DNA of 64,000 nucleotides. It comes from Pseudomonadales bacterium. GTDB taxonomy: Bacteria > Pseudomonadota > Gammaproteobacteria > Pseudomonadales > Azotimanducaceae. The notes below the pieces were generated by a model. It was not told the origin of the DNA. It was given only the letters and a program-made list of their open reading frames with translations, and did no database searches. Position 1 is the first letter of the stretch. The number at the start of each line of letters is the position of its first letter. The DNA is taken from positions 4,443,492 through 4,507,491 of the forward strand of contig OY762279.1 in the NCBI GenBank assembly GCA_963665455.1. The letters are read 5' to 3'. This document shows, one piece after another, positions 63,403 through 64,000 of the stretch. Both the position numbers and the translations under genes were made by a program.

Positions 63403-64000
63403 CTACCCCGCATATGCCTCCAACTCGCCGCCGTCGATCGTCACCCGGTGCATGCGCCGGGTCTCGCCCGGATAGTCGTCCAACGCGTAGTGCCAGGTAG
63501 CGCGGTTGTCCCAGAACGCGACGCTGCCCGGTTCCCAACGGAAGCGGTAGGTGTGCTCGGGACGCGGGGACATCCGGTAGAGATAGTCGAGCAGGGGCTG
63601 CGACTCGAGTTCCGTCCACCCGTCGAAGCGCAGCGTGAACGCCCGGTTGACGTACAGCGCCGGACGGCCCGAACGGGGATGCCGGATGACCACGGGATGG
63701 ACCGCCAACTGGGTCGCCCCCTCCTGGTTGAAGTAGCGGTCGTCCTGATCGTTGTAGCCGCCGGGCCCGAAGATGTGCCGGCTCCCGTGTACCGCCGACA
63801 TGCCCTCCAAGGTGCGCTTCAGCCCGTCGGAAAGCGCGTCGTAGGCCGCATACATGTTGGCGAACATCGTGTCGCCGCCGTGCTCGGGCACGTCCAGCGC
63901 ATAGAGCATCGAGCCCATCGCCGGGACTTGGTCGTAGGAGTGGTCGGTATGCCAGCCGCCGCCGATGTTCGTCGCATGGCGGGGCTCCTTCAGCACCTCG
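63403..64000 (-). CDS. TauD/TfdA-family Fe(II)/2-oxoglutarate dioxygenase, C-terminal part (N-terminus beyond window end)
   Basis: WHTDHSYD (H-x-D), ...GDTMFANMYAAYDALS..., ...WDNRATWHYA; the ORF is open to the window edge. Confidence 0.85.
   Translation of the reverse strand, partial: EVLKEPRHATNIGGGWHTDHSYDQVPAMGSMLYALDVPEHGGDTMFANMYAAYDALSDGLKRTLEGMSAVHGSRHIFGPGGYNDQDDRYFNQEGATQLAVHPVVIRHPRSGRPALYVNRAFTLRFDGWTELESQPLLDYLYRMSPRPEHTYRFRWEPGSVAFWDNRATWHYALDDYPGETRRMHRVTIDGGELEAYAG

Noticed and set aside
1-64000. tRNA or tmRNA genes, attachment sites, integrases, IS transposases and CRISPR arrays as anchors for the islets.
   Set aside because: I saw no GGTTCGAATCC-type T-arm context, no regularly spaced direct repeats, and no recombinase- or transposase-like ORF other than the Rpn remnant.

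Overview
High-G+C, Gram-negative-type chromosomal segment (TonB-dependent receptors, GldG-like exporter) with about 60 protein genes. I saw no rRNA, tRNA, CRISPR array, or intact transposase or integrase. The backbone is catabolism and uptake: two TonB-dependent receptors, a Rieske oxygenase operon, several alpha/beta hydrolases, a D-aminoacylase, two family III CoA-transferases, a P450, an LLM monooxygenase and a TauD-like dioxygenase. Transporters include MATE, MFS, GPH, AGCS, SSS and POT types, plus a GldA/F/G-like ABC operon. Small islets that look AT-richer by eye are interspersed. They hold three PIN/VapC toxin-antitoxin pairs, an orphan AbiEi-like antitoxin, two retropepsin-like proteases, a PLD-family nuclease islet, a PD-(D/E)XK plus PIN-like cassette, and an Rpn-family nuclease remnant. 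Several accessory genes look decayed (in-frame stop, 1-nt frameshift, truncation, one chimeric ORF). Three loci stand out. (i) A minus-strand operon at 43736-47195 encodes a diiron-carboxylate protein with complete ligand motifs, a ligand-deficient paralog, two SCP2-like proteins and a zinc ribbon. It faces a HIT-rubredoxin-pentapeptide operon; the 55-aa rubredoxin is missing from the ORF track. (ii) A chimeric ORF fuses DnaA domain I to a Rieske-less oxygenase, next to the PLD nuclease islet. (iii) Six near-perfect hairpins are packed at 51198-51454 and tied to a 60-nt repeat that recurs at 61206-61265. Many long track ORFs antisense to recognisable genes are high-GC artefacts. All family calls rest on motif recognition by eye, with no database search.
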